DNA of 64,000 nucleotides from Eledone cirrhosa (GCA_964016885.1 OZ024743.1:296236001-296300000); one strand, 5' to 3'. Positions 23,997 through 38,917 are shown, counted from the stretch's first letter. A program made the numbers and translations. The notes: generated by a model from the sequence alone, not told the origin.

Positions 23997-25872
23997 CTTT
24001 ATTAGCCACAGGGGCACAAAAGAAGGGGACAAATACAAAGGGGGAAGTTTACATACAATAAAAACGTGTAAAATGTTATCACAAATGGAATTTAAAAAGT
24101 TAGTCGATTTTCCCCAATAGAGGGAGACAGTTTATATGGGTAACACATACCCCCGAAAAAAATGTGCAACCCTCATCTCCAGGAGTACGAAGAGCTTGTA
24201 CTCCTTTTCTCTCCTCCTCCTTTTCCTCAACCTACAGGCTGATATAGAGAGAAGGCCCATTCACTCGGGCCATTCTCGCCACTTTCACCCACCTTTCATA
24301 AAACTTGCTGGGGTACAGCACCTCTCTCTCCATCCTGATTCTTCTTCCAAAGTGGTATTTGAAAAAAAGAATCAGTTGTTGGCCGGAGAGAAAGGTGTCT
24401 GACCTCAGCCCTTTCAACCTTGTCCACGATACAACCTCTTTCGCCATAGCTATCACACAAAGGAAAACCGCCTCTCCTTCGTTTTTGAAGGAGGGTGGCG
24501 GTTTGATCATGACAATGGACTCGGTGGTCAACTGGATTGGTCCCACCCGCGACAATAGTCGTTCTACATAGCTCCACAGGTCAGTGACGCCCGGGCAGTG
24601 TATGAATGCGTGCGCGACGGTTTCTTCGTCTCGCACGCACCTCGGACAGATCTTTTTTGCAAGGTCCCTGCCCGGGCGCCCATGTCTGTAGAGCTTGTCT
24701 CGAACTGGTAGAGCTCCTCGGTAGCACTGCCAGGCCAGGGACTTTTGGAAGTTGTCCATCGGTCCCGGGCGGAAGGTCCTACCGAACAGACTGGCCAGTT
24801 CATCTTCCTCTACGCCTAGAGTTTCACCGAGCGCGTCGTCGCACTTGCTGCGGACCAACCCTCTATAGAATGACGAAGTGGAGTCTCCACTGATCGCCGG
24901 GTCCGCCTGCCAGAGGGCTGTGAGCGCCTGAGCACATTCGATGTGCCAGTCGCCCATTTTCCTCGGTCTTTGCTTGACCCAGGACTGCAGCTCGGTCAGC
25001 GAGACGAGTTGTGGGAAGGCTCGCCTCACGAACGGGGCCCACACCGGTTGTCCGGTGAGGAATACGTAGAGATGCCGCAGCCTGAGCGCGTGTTTGCGCA
25101 TCGTCAACCACGGCATCCCCAGCCCTCCGTTAGAAGGGTGTTGGCAGCAGATGGATCTTCTCACCAAAGGAGCCCGCCTCTTCCAAAAGAATCGGAAGAG
25201 CGCGCGCTCCATTTTGGCGAGCGTTTTGGCTGGACAAGTCACGACGGTCAAGCGGTAGTAGATGGCGGACGCTATAAAAGTGTTCGCCACCTCCGCTCGA
25301 CCTTTCAAGGATAGTTTGCACTCGGCCCACTTCTGGGTGAGTGCAAACACCTTGGCCGTCACTTCGTTCCAGTTCTTCTCCACCTGGAGGTCCGGACCAA
25401 ACCAGACCCCGAGCAGCTTTACCGGTCCTTCCGTCCAGCGTCCGACGACGCCATCGGAAGGCATCGGTTTGCCCCTCCACGATCCGAGTTGCAAACCGAT
25501 GGACTTGTCCCGGTTCAGCTTCGCTCCTGTGAGACTTTCGTATTCCTTTAGTAAGGTGCCGACTTCCTCGATTTGCGAGGCGCTCGACACCATTACTGTA
25601 ACGTCGTCGGCGTAGGCCGACGCCGCTTTCCGCAGTCCCGGTTCCAGAGGGATGCCCTGCAATAGCTCCAGCTTCCGCAGTAGTGGCTCGAGAGTCAGTA
25701 CGTACAGAAGGGAGGAAAGAGGGCATCCCTGTCGAATGGATCGCGTAATATGGAACGGCTCCGAGAGGTAGCCGTTCACCTTGACCCTTGAGCAGATGTT
25801 GCTGTTGTGCATTGCAGCAATCCAGCCCTTGAACACGGGTCCGAAGCCTGCCGCCTCGAGCACCGCATCCAT
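23993..25872 (-). mobile_element. Tx1/L1-clade LINE copy A, 5'-truncated; open ORF2 C-terminal half at 24232-25872
   Basis: RQGCPLSSLLY, SAYADDVT, KLLGVWF, GGLG, CPRC..ETVAHAFIHC; 3'UTR with AATAAA then (TA)n. Confidence 0.92.
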
Positions 25873-25886
25873 ATATATATATATAT

Positions 25887-25948
<62 letters not shown>

Positions 25949-25950
<2 letters not shown>

Positions 25951-28900
25951 GTTTCTATTTATTTGCCACGAGGGCACAAAAGAAGGGGACAAATACAAGG
26001 GGGGAGTTTATATAAAGGAACGAGTAAAAAAAAGTAAATAAATATAAAATTAACAATACAGTCCTCAATAGGGAGGAGGCGTTTTGTGGGTTTCACCCCC
26101 CCCCCCCCCCCGAAAAAGTGTGTAACCCTTTTCCTTAGGAACACAGAGAGGGGGTGCTCCTTTGCACTTCCACCTTTCCACCGACAGGCTGATAACGAGA
26201 GAAGGCCCATTCACACGGGCCATTCTCGCTACTTTCACCCACCTTTAATAAAACTTGCTGGGGTAGAGCACCTCTCTCTCCAGTCTGATCCTTCTCTTAA
26301 AATGGTATTTAAAGAAAAGGAACAGTTGTTGGCCGGAGAGAAAGGTGTCCGACCTCAGCCCTTTCAAACGTGTCTACCATACCACCTCTTTCACCATGGC
26401 TATTACACAGAGGAAGACCGCCTCTCCTTCATTTTTGAAGGGGAGAGGCGGCTTGATCGTTACAATGGACTCAGTGGCCAACCGAATTGGTCCCACCCGT
26501 GACAGCAGTCGTTCGACATAGCCCCACAGATCGGCAATGGTTTCCTCGTCGCGCACGCATCTGGGACAGATTTTTTTCGAGTGGTCCCTAGCCGGGCGCC
26601 CCTGTTTGTAGAGCATTTCTCGAACGGGCAGCGCCCGTCGGTAGCACTGCCTGGCCAGGGACTTCTGAAAGTTGTCCATAGGTCCCGGGCCAAATGTCCT
26701 CCCAAATAGGCTGGCCAGTTCGTCTTCCTCCCTGCCTAGGGCACGTATTTTGCTTCGGACAACGCAGCCTTCGTGTTTCGCGTCGAAGAACTGGTCCAAG
26801 GCCGTTCTTGACGCTAGCACTCTGGCTACGTCGCCGCTTCTAATTGCCTCTTCTACACTATCTACCAACTCCCTTTCCTTCCTATTTCTATCTGAGGCTA
26901 ACTCCTTACTAACTCCTATTGAAGCCACTCTAATCTCTCTTTTGAGAGAGCCCCACCACCTGCTGTTGACGATGACGCCTGTCAACCGCTCCTTAACTAA
27001 TGTACTAATCCGGTTCCTGTAAGCCTTACTTGCCGGTAAGGACAAGTTGAGCTTCCAGTAACCGGGTCCCTGTCTATGCGTTCTATCAAGGTTGACCATG
27101 GAGGTCATTAACTTGTGGTCTCAATAGCCAACCATTAGCATTTTTGGACAACTTAAAAAGTCCCTATCCTTATTTCTAACTAAGAACCTATTTAGGTACG
27201 ATCTAGATTGACCGCTATGGTTTCTCCAAGTCCAGGTTGGCACAGTCGGAAAATCTAGTCGATATATATCGGCCAGGTCGAATCGGCCGATTAACCCCTT
27301 GAGGCTGTTACAACCCCCTCTATCAGGACATGCCCCTACATAGTCCCAACGTGCATCTAGGATACCATTCCAGTCCCTCACTAAAAGCAAGGAGCGGGAC
27401 GTCCCTAGAAAAGTCTCAAGAAGATGGAAGAAGTCCGGCCGCGTTGACCCAAAAGGGCCGTAAACGGCGACCAGCCTTCACCACTGCCACTGTCCAGAAC
27501 CACTAGTCGACCCTCCGGGTCCAAGTGTACCGTCTGCGTAGCGAGACCCAGATGTTTTTGCAGCAGAACGACAACCCCACCCCCACCTCCGGGCTGACAG
27601 AGAGATGCACACAATTTCCATGGGGGTGGGGTGGGTTGTTGTGTTAGGGGGGGCATCAGTGTGTGGTGTGGTGGGGTGTTTGGAGTTGTGTGGGTGTCTG
27701 GGGAGGGGGATCTTTTAGGAGGACACGGTTAATGGGTCTGACGCAGGAGGGGGGGGGGGGCACGTTCTCTTTAAAAGTGTCTTTTAACGTTTTGTAAATG
27801 TCCATTGGGGCTTTTAGCATTTTTAGATGGAGAAGCCCCGTTGCTTGTGCGAAATTCGAACCTTCGGTTTTTATTAAGTTGTTATTATAAATAATGTTTA
27901 ACAGTTTTTTTGTTTATTGTACTTATGTAGGTATATGCAAATTTTTCTTTTTGCGTGATGTTTTTTGTTTGCTGTTGTTGTGTGTTTTTTTGTGTTGATG
28001 GCTGTGTTCTGGCTTGGGGAGGAGTTGTTTGTATTTGTGTTCCTGTGGTGTCTTTTCTTTTTTTTTCTTTTAACTCTATGAAAGTGTCCCGCCCCCCTCG
28101 TCTGATGACGAAAGGCGGTCGTCTTCCGTATTCGAGGGGACGGGTTCATTTTCGGCTCGTGTTTGTGGTGTGGGTGTATTTGTTTTCGGGGGGGGGATGG
28201 AGGGATTGTTTTCAGTTGTGTTTTAACTTGTGGTGTTAGTTGTTTTTGTGGTGGTGGTGGAGGTTGTGTTGTTAGTGTTGTAGTGGGCAAAATCGGTGTT
28301 TTTTTGTTTGCTTGGGAACAGGCAGCCCTCAGGTGAGCTCTGCCACCACAGAGGTAACAAGCGTGTCGTCTACCTTCCACTGTAATGTCTAAGTAGGCAA
28401 GCCCATCCAGCAATATGCAGTCGGGACCCTAGCAATTCGTTCTGGCTGCATTTGCACCAGAACTTGCAGGTTAGTTCCACCGAACACGTTGCTGGAAGAC
28501 GTACCTACCGAAATTACTGCATCCTCTTTCAAGTCGAGGAGGCCACACAGTACCGCCCAGAAATCAATATCTGGATCGATACTGTGTATGGTCAATCTTT
28601 GTGTTTTTCTTCCCAAATAAGTGGGGAAGAAGGTAAATAAGGGGGACACAATTGGGGCCAGGGAATGTTTTTCGGCCGTCAATTTATCTTTCATTCGGAT
28701 GGATAGACTACCGTAGAGTCTATTCTTCCGAATGAATACAATGTTTTTCAGATGATCTTTTAACGCCAGTTCAATCTCTGTATGTGTAAGTTGTACTGGC
28801 TTACGGGTTTTGTTTGATATTGTCCTATAAATAATAGTTTTTAAGCTATTTTCCTTTTTTAGCTCTGGGGGAAAATTTAAAGAAAATAGACCATTCTCCT

Positions 28901-29652
28901 CCAAAGTTATATACTTCCGTGCATTTTCCATTTGCTAGGCCATGTTCGAAATGTCAATAGGTTCGTACACGATAGTTTTTTTATGCTTTGCGCGAACGGC
29001 ATTTTGTTCGCCCCCTCTTTGTTTACATTTGTCGAAATGTGGTTTTCTTGTTTTTTGTTGTTATAATTTTCATTTTTTGTTGTGTTTGTGTTATTTATGT
29101 TGGTGTATGAGTTCACATTTTTTCCCCGTTGGGGTTAGACTCCATTTTTTCAAAATGTTCACTTATATTTTCAGTATCCGAGAGACTCGGAGTTACAGCT
29201 ACTACTTCTCTTTCACCTTTGCTGGTGGGTGTGGCACCGTGAAAAGTCGAAACGGCATCCATTAATGTTGGCAATTTCTCCGAGTAAATTTTTTCCACAT
29301 TTTTTTCATTAGGGTTAGGCTACATTTTTTCAATGTTTCCAATAATCATTATTCTTTCAGTAGGGAGGCTTGTTGACTCAGCTACCCGATCTCCTTCAGT
29401 TTGTTTAGTGGGCGTGTCATCGTTACCTGTGGTAATGGCTTCCATTACCACTAGCGTAGAGACAATCACAAGATTTTTAGGATGAAAAATTTCACCCCAA
29501 AAGGGGTGAAATAAATTAACCCTAATGTCCGAAGACCCAGGCAAGGGGGTTAATTAACACAATAACGCAAGAATACAGACAAACACTTACTGTTAACACG
29601 TAATATCTCCAATACTCGAGGAGCCGATGTGATAAATGTCTATAACATCCGG
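25949..29652 (-). mobile_element. Tx1/L1-clade LINE copy B with both termini and the RT domain deleted
   Basis: ORF1 pieces with CCHC knuckle CYLCGGRAHLRAAC; APE remnants (DPEGRLVVLD, DWNGILD, SYLNRFLV, DHK, GPGYWKLN); junction at ~26730 jumps to EEDELASLF shared with the end of copy A; (GATA)n on both flanks. Confidence 0.88.
27680..29298 (-). pseudogene. Tx1 ORF1 (gag-like, CCHC knuckle), frameshifted
   Basis: ORF pieces 29113-29298, 28907-29116, 28389-28931 and 27898-28413 are collinear with the 49909-50934 protein (RLYGSL, VQMxPERIA, VEGRR). Confidence 0.8.
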
Positions 29653-29942
29653 AGATAGATAGATAGATAGATAGATATATGTATGTATATATTGGAATAA
29701 TGTGTGTGTCATAGACTCATAACCGACGACCCTATAAACTCAGGTGAAAACGGCATAATATCATGTTACCGACTCGACCTTAACAAAGTTCACTTCCGCG
29801 ACTATAATTACTGCGTAAAGCTGTAGCCGGTAATTAGGTCTCACAGAGGAACGGGCGAAGGCTTCAAAAACATCATCTTTGTCCCTTCCCTTGTCGGTTT
29901 AGTTTGGATTGCCTCGAGAACGTAACCTTATTATGTAATGAA

Positions 29943-29987
29943 GCTGTCTGATGAGATCATGGCACTGGTTGAAATATGTATCACAGC
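29943..29987 (+). ncRNA. Minimal hammerhead ribozyme motif
   Basis: gctgt CTGATGA gatca tggcac tggtt GAAA tatg TA tc acagc; ~50 nt upstream of (TA)n. Confidence 0.7.
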
Positions 29988-30031
29988 CTTATCTATAAAG
30001 GACTTTAATATCTGCAACTACTTCGCTTTTT

Positions 30032-30066
<35 letters not shown>

Positions 30067-30269
30067 AAAATGACGAGGTGTGTTACATCTTCATTACATT
30101 TATTGAGGTGTGACGCACGTTTCACGATTGATCACCTCAAGGCTCGATCTCTATTATAGTAATGACAGAATGATTCCCTTACAGCGTTCTCTCTCTCTCT
30201 CTCTCTCTCTAAATATATATATATATATATATATATATTTAAAGAGAAAGAAAGAGAGAGAACATTTCA

Positions 30270-30815
30270 TATGAAATCACTGAGGGGTATATCCCATTAA
30301 AGTATCTAAAAGGAACACTTCCCTAAATGTTGAGCTGATAGACGGTCTATATTGACTGGTATTTCTAGTGGCAATATAGACTCGTCAGTTTGTCCGAATA
30401 TACAAATACTTACCTTGTTAGTAGATCTATGCATTCTTGGACTATTAATATTTGTTTCTTGCTCTATGCTGTATCGGTGAGAATGAACTTCTTTCACTAA
30501 ACAGGCTTAGATATTTTTTTATGAAAAGTTGTTTTGTCAACAATCACTGTCTTAATCTATTGTGTTGGTGAGTACTGTTCTTCATCTTGAAAACTGCAAA
30601 AAGGGAACTTAGTTAAGCCTTCTAGATTTAGGTTGCTTAACTAAGACTATATCTCAAAGGAAAGCTGCTTGTAAAGTGTTCATTTTAGATTACTTTATTG
30701 GGATCTACTTCCTCAGTGATTTTGTGTAAGATTTTCTATATATAATTGCTTTTCTGAATGAGATTGTTTTAGCAATCTCTTTTCATTGAGATGTTATATA
30801 AATTGGTGAACAATT
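30270..30815 (-). pseudogene. Possible highly decayed PLE thumb/GIY-YIG fragment
   Basis: Minus-strand traces KQPKSRRL (~RQPKNL), IFGQT (~YIGQT) and AQHLGKC in the right order. Confidence 0.35.
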
Positions 30816-30832
30816 TACTAATGAATAATATA

Positions 30833-30874
<42 letters not shown>

Positions 30875-31032
30875 GTAGGGGTGGGGTGAAGCATTGTGGA
30901 GTATGGAACTGAAAAGTCCGTGTGTATAGAAATCCGTGCAATGCAAGTGGATTAGATTGCCAAGGTAACGATCAGAAGGGAATTGGGAGAGAGAGCAAAA
31001 TAAAAGAAATGTCTGACACACACCCACCCAAC

Positions 31033-31077
<45 letters not shown>

Positions 31078-31096
31078 GTATATATATATATATGCA

Positions 31097-31215
<119 letters not shown>

Positions 31216-31897
31216 CAGTCATTTCTTTTATTGTGCTCTCCACTCCCCCCTCACACCCTCTCGGAACTCTTTTCCTTACCACCTTTCTCCTGATGAAAAG
31301 CTTATGCCTGAAACGTCGTCCCCCACCCCCACTCTCAAGCGTGAACCTACCTAATACCAACACAGTTCGTAACTGCACTCCTTGTTATTGTTTTTGTTTT
31401 TTACTTTGCCAATATATATATATGTACGTATGTATGTATGTATGTATGAGAGAGGGGGACAGAGGGGGAGAGATACGGGGAGAGAGAGAAGGGGAGACAG
31501 AGATACACATACCTATACACACATACGTGTACGCATGCAGGTATTCATAGCTACATACATAGATACATACATACGTGTGTGCGTACATGAATTTCTTAAT
31601 GCATTATGCAAAATATATTAAATATAAAAGTAATTTCTACATGTGTTTTTCTAGAAAGTGCTTAGATTAAGCCCACTGGAAGCTGCATATACACTTAGAA
31701 CTTAAATGACAATCCTGAGAAATGCATACTAACTGTGTACACACACTTACACTCGCACATTCACATATATACACACGAACACTTACATACACAGATATTC
31801 AGATCTATATATATGTGTGTGAGTTAGTGTGACTGTGTCAGCTTGTGTATATGTGTATATATGTATGACTGGAACAGGTAAAAGAGGGTAAAATAGC

Positions 31898-31931
<34 letters not shown>

Positions 31932-31962
31932 ATATATATATATATTTTTTTTTTATACACAC

Positions 31963-32083
<121 letters not shown>

Positions 32084-32084
32084 C

Positions 32085-32116
<32 letters not shown>

Positions 32117-32197
32117 GTATGTATATATATATATATATATGTTCCAGCCATACATTTATACATACATACACAAGCTCACACAGTCACACTCATTCAC

Positions 32198-32246
<49 letters not shown>

Positions 32247-32526
32247 GTGTGTGTGTGTGTGTGGTGTGTGTGTATATATATTTCCGTCTTTATCGATGTA
32301 TGTATTGAAAAGTATGCATGCTTAGTGTCAATAATATATCAATATACTAATGCAGATAGATATCTTTAACATACATCGCTGTATATGGAACTTGTAGCGC
32401 ATGTACAAATATCACACATGCAAAACATTAATATGAACGTATATTATATATATAGATATATATTTATATATATATATATATAGAGATATATATTTATATT
32501 TATATATATATATATATATATTTATT

Positions 32527-32597
<71 letters not shown>

Positions 32598-32612
32598 ATT
32601 TATATATATATT

Positions 32613-32684
<72 letters not shown>

Positions 32685-32694
32685 TATATATATA

Positions 32695-32768
<74 letters not shown>

Positions 32769-32894
32769 TATATATTTATTTATATATATATTTATATATT
32801 TATTTATATATATATTTATATATATATTTATATATATATTTATTTATATATATATATATATGTATATTTATATATATATATATATTTATATATA

Positions 32895-33010
<116 letters not shown>

Positions 33011-33022
33011 TATATATATATA

Positions 33023-33062
<40 letters not shown>

Positions 33063-33066
<4 letters not shown>

Positions 33067-33253
33067 AACGAGTAAGACCCCGACGGCTGAGCTCAAGCCG
33101 TTTCGACGGCTAATTCAGTACAGAATTAGCCGTCGAAACGGCTTGAGCTCAGCCGTCGGGGTCTTACTTGTTCCTATTACCCGCTCTACTACCCTAAATA
33201 TTGAGTACTTTGGTGCGTTATGGTCCACCTGGTTCCTTACCACATTTCCTTCG

Positions 33254-33255
<2 letters not shown>
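33063..33255 (+). mobile_element. Hairpin-capped PLE-tail element (only the 3' half of a hammerhead)
   Basis: 54-bp arms at 33063-33116 and 33123-33176; GAAA cggct tgagctc agccg TC ggggtc; the same family is inverted at 44739-44940. Confidence 0.75.
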
Positions 33256-33297
<42 letters not shown>

Positions 33298-33406
33298 TTA
33301 TATATATACATATTTATATATATATATTTATATATATACATATTTATATATATATATTTTTATATATATATATTTATATATATATATATTTATATATATA
33401 TATATT

Positions 33407-33618
<212 letters not shown>

Positions 33619-33730
33619 CATATTTATATATATATATTTATATATATACATATTTATATATATATATTTATATATATATATATTTATATATATATATTTA
33701 TATATATATATATTTATATATATATATATG

Positions 33731-34487
33731 AATAAAGTTAGTCCTTCATCAGTGATCTTCCAACGATCATTGGTATTTCCTCGCTTTAAAGACCATATAC
33801 CTCCGGTTGGTGCGAGCAACGGCTAAAGAAAGTCGTTGGGACACGTAAATAAGGGGAACGAGCGAGAGTTCAAACAAACAAAGATGGTAAAGCAACGAGA
33901 AGTGAGGAAGAAAGAGTCAAGTCCCAGATTTCCATGAATATAAGTTCGGTGAAATCGTGAACGAGAGAGAATAAAGACCATCAAACCTAGTCGAAATGTG
34001 CGCAAGGAAGGAATTCCGCACAGTTCAACCGGAAAGGAGAAGGAGTCCAGTCCGTGAATTCGGTGAACATAAGTTCGGTGAAATCGTAGACGAGAGAGAG
34101 AAAAGGGGAACCAGCCTGGTCAAGCGTGCGAGAGAAAAGAATTACGCACAGGTCAAACGGGCGGAAGTATGAGAGGTAGTAGCAGAGAGTGAGTGAGTGA
34201 AGGGTGAGGAAGAGGCTAACAGAGAGAGTGACTGTTAGAGAGGGTAAAGATACAGAGAAAGAGGAAGCAGTAAGAACGAAATAGACGGGTCACAGCGGGG
34301 GAAAATATATGTGTGAATATGAGAACAAACGTGCTGCGTGGTTGCATATGGGTTACATATTAATAAAGTTAGTCCTTCATCAGTGATCTTCCAACCACCA
34401 TTGGTATTTCATCGCTTTAAAGACCATATACCTCCGGTTGGTGCGAGGAACGGCTAAAGAAAGTCCTTGGGAAACGTAAATAAGGGT
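33731..34487 (-). mobile_element. Non-coding element with ~125-bp direct terminal repeats in (TA)n (retrozyme/pLTR-like)
   Basis: 33731-33855 is similar to 34362-34486; minus strand carries tgatc..gatca CTGATGA. Confidence 0.6.
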
Positions 34488-34518
34488 GTATATATATATA
34501 TATATGTATATATACGTG

Positions 34519-34630
<112 letters not shown>

Positions 34631-34656
34631 TGTATATATATATATATATATACGTG

Positions 34657-34768
<112 letters not shown>

Positions 34769-34869
34769 TGTATATATATATATATATATACGTGTATATA
34801 TATATATATATACGTGTAATATTTTATATTTATATATATATATATATATACACGTGTATATAAATATAC

Positions 34870-34934
<65 letters not shown>

Positions 34935-35173
34935 TACATTAAATATACACAGTTACACAGAAATAAAAACAAAATATTACTCTCACACATAAATACGAAA
35001 TGTGATTGTTCACTTAAACATGCTTGAATTTACATACGAACATGCATAAAATATATATAAATATATGTGAGTTTATATATTGTATATATATATATGTGTG
35101 TATGTGTGTGTGTGTGTGTATAAATATACACAGATACTGACACACACAAACATGCACACAGGTACACAGACAC

Positions 35174-35247
<74 letters not shown>

Positions 35248-35277
35248 CAATTTTTTATTATATATATATATATATAT

Positions 35278-35591
35278 AAGAAACAAGATGGCGTAGGACA
35301 GAACAAAGGAGAGTCACAAAAACAAAGAAAGGAATCCCCAGTCGCTGAAGAGGTCACAGAATGTGTGACGAAAGAACTTTGACAATATATAAACAACCAT
35401 CTGGTTGTGGAACCAACCAACCAACCGGAAATTTATAAATTCCTAAATTTATAAATTTATCATAATAAATTGAAGTAAATGCAACTGGTGCGTGTGTTCC
35501 TTATTGGCAACATGACCCTCCCAAAGTATAACAATATCGGTTTCAACACACGTTTTCAGATAAAGAATCTTGCTAAACAAATTCAGAAACG

Positions 35592-35596
<5 letters not shown>
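35278..35596 (+). mobile_element. 3' tail of a PLE-A-related family
   Basis: aaccaacc...atgaccctccc.aagtataacaatat...tttc.acacacg.tttca shared with 10581-10700; CTGAAGA-stem II-GAAA at 35345-35373. Confidence 0.7.
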
Positions 35597-35640
<44 letters not shown>

Positions 35641-35644
35641 TATA

Positions 35645-35677
<33 letters not shown>

Positions 35678-35724
35678 ATAAACATATATATACCTATATC
35701 GATATAGATATATATGCGTACATT

Positions 35725-36060
35725 GAAGAGTAGAACTGACAATCCGTGGGTTACGACGAGGACTGTTCCAGTTGATAAAATCAACGGAACTGACTGCTCG
35801 TGAAATTACCGTACAAGTGGTTGAGTATTCCAAAAACTTGTGTACCCTTAACGTGGTTGTCAGGAAGATTCAGCTTTATACAGAATGTGAGCCCTTCGAA
35901 GCCAAGCCCTTCAAATCAATACATTTCATTTTTTCCATCTGAGTGGACTGGAGCAACGTGAAATATATTTTCTTGCTCAATGACACAAGATGTCTCTGGA
36001 AATCGAGCTCATGACCTTACGATCATGAGCCGAATACCCTAACCACTAAGCCCCGCGTCA
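35725..36060 (-). mobile_element. tRNA/CORE-type SINE (family S2)
   Basis: Minus strand: ggcttagtggttagggtattcggct...gagctcgatttcc (A/B boxes) then tgtgtcattgagcaag; related pieces at 41960-42285 and 45950-46060. Confidence 0.7.
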
Positions 36061-36673
36061 TCACATACATGCGCACATGCATGCACACATGGTTGCATGG
36101 ATATACACATTCATACATATAGAAATAAATACGTACATACATAAATACTTGCAAACATGCATACAAACATACATACATATATGCATACATACATAGATAT
36201 ATACATACAAATATAAATACATACATGCATGTATGCATACATACATACATGCATACATACAAATATACATACATACAAGTATAAATACATACATGCATAC
36301 ATGAATACATAACACATACATACACAAAAAAAAACATACATGCATATGTGCATATGGGTACCTGAATGCATGTGCAAGAAATTTATGCCAAAGCTGTTGC
36401 ACAGATGTGTTGTAGCACCTGCATATTTATATAATCACAGGTCTATTAAAATCCTCGAATAAAATCAATACCGACTTCCTGCCTAACTGCCTGTAATGGA
36501 GCATGCAATCCAAATTCTGCCAAGTTGCCTGGCTCACTGTCAGAGTTTTTCACCAGTAAAATCGACATGCTGCCGGAAACTACTGAATGTGTACATACAT
36601 GCATGCGCATATATATATATATATATATATATGCATATATATATATATATTAATATATATACATAAATATATA

Positions 36674-36720
<47 letters not shown>

Positions 36721-36835
36721 GGACTATACACATGCTTATATATGATATATATGTAATGTATATGAGATATATATATATTTATATATATATGTGTATGCTT
36801 ATATATAAATCTGTGCACATACTCTCGCGCACGTG

Positions 36836-36876
<41 letters not shown>

Positions 36877-37493
36877 ACAAACACATACACACAGATATAT
36901 ATATATATGTATGTATGTATATATATGTACATATATATGTGTGGGTGTGTGTGTGTATGTATGTATGTATATATGTATAGCTATATATATATATATAGAT
37001 ATATATAGATATATAGATTTTTATATATATATATAGATATAGCAATGGATTGATAGATAGAAAGATAAATCGATGGATAGATAGATAGAGAGAGAGAGGG
37101 GGGGTGAGAGGGAGAAAGAGAGAGTGATGTGAATATATGTCTGTATTGTTATACCACGTCAATGTTTTACTTAAAATATATTAGGTAAGTGCACCGTCCC
37201 AGATATGTATGCTACGTATATATAAATATGTATATATACACAGATACTCACACACACAAACATACACTCAGGTACGCAGACACACAAATATATATATGTG
37301 TTTGCACATGCAAACATATATATATATACGTGTATGCATACATGTATGTATAAATGTATACGTGTATATATATATATATATACAGCCTAAAAATATTATA
37401 TAAAGCCTAAAAATCTATAAAAGAATATATGAAATGTCCATGTTGAAAATCTACACGCATGTACAAATACATGTGTGTGTGTGTGTGTGCATG

Positions 37494-37583
<90 letters not shown>

Positions 37584-37822
37584 TTGTGTATATGCGTGTG
37601 TGCTGAAATATCCGTAGGTGTGAAAAAGGAAAAAGCAAAACAATGCTCAATCGGGAAGAGAGCTAATATATTATATGTATTACGTTCTTACATGGAACAG
37701 AGGTGGTACCTAAACTCGTATGAGAGCCTGAAGATTGCGTCACAATTTTGATCCCACCTACATTCCGGAAATATGGTCAATATTAGGCCTTGAAACCTTA
37801 GGAAGCTCTTTTGTTCTGTGTA

Positions 37823-37870
<48 letters not shown>

Positions 37871-37872
<2 letters not shown>

Positions 37873-38779
37873 AATAATAATAAATTTGAAGACTAAAATC
37901 CAAAGAGTGCTCGATAAGGATAAATATATATCAAATATATAAGAACCGTAGAGCAAATATTTATTAAAATAACAGATTAAAGTTTAAGCAAAGAATCACT
38001 GCTTTCACCCTTAACGGGATCTTCTGAAACTAAAAAAGTCAATCTGTGAACGCAGAAGTAAATATTTCAAAAAACGTTGCAACCGGAGGAAGACAGGAAG
38101 ACGATACTTTGGTTCGTGAAAACGTTCCCTGGCCAAGAACGGGAAAAAACGAAGATAATACGTCATTATTTGGGGCGTTGAAAAACAATTTCACGCAAAG
38201 ACAAAACCACGTTTATGGCATAAAATAAGTCGTAGACTAATATGCTTGTGTATGTACGTATATGGATGCGTGTATGTATTTATTTAATTCCTATTACCTC
38301 TGTATTTTATTTACTTTATTCTTAACTCTGAAGCCGAGAATCATTCGGTTTCCTAAATAGAATTTTAGTCTACGATTTCAGTTATACCATTTACGTGGTT
38401 TTGTCTTTGCGTGCAATTGTTCTCCACGCTCCACATATGACGTATTATATTCGTATTTTCCTTTCATTGCTAGTGAACGTCTCTATGAACCACCTAATAG
38501 AATATTAGTCTACGACTTCTTTTATACGATAAACGTGGTTTTGTCTTTGCGTGTAATTGTTTTTCACCGCTCCTATTAATGACGTATTATATTCGTTTTT
38601 TCCCGTTCTTTGCCAGGGAACGTTTCCACGAACCAAAGTATCGTCATCCTGTTTCCTCCGGTTGGAACGTTTTTTGAAATATTTACTTCTGCGTTCACAG
38701 ATTGACTTTTTTAGTTTCAGAAGATCCCGTTAAGGGTGAACGCACCGATTCTTTGCTTAAACTTTAATCTGTTATTTTA

Positions 38780-38787
<8 letters not shown>
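37871..38787. mobile_element. Non-coding fold-back derivative of the PLE-C pLTR
   Basis: 37957-38241 is approximately the reverse complement of 38503-38787; matches 12367-12620; extra diverged repeat at 38355-38490; (TA)n flanks. Confidence 0.85.
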
Positions 38788-38876
<89 letters not shown>

Positions 38877-38917
38877 CATATATATATATATACATACATA
38901 TATATATATATACATAC

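Noticed and set aside
25873-25998. N-terminus of the 588-aa ORF
   Set aside because: Reads through the neighbouring element's 3'UTR and (TATC)n; not part of ORF2
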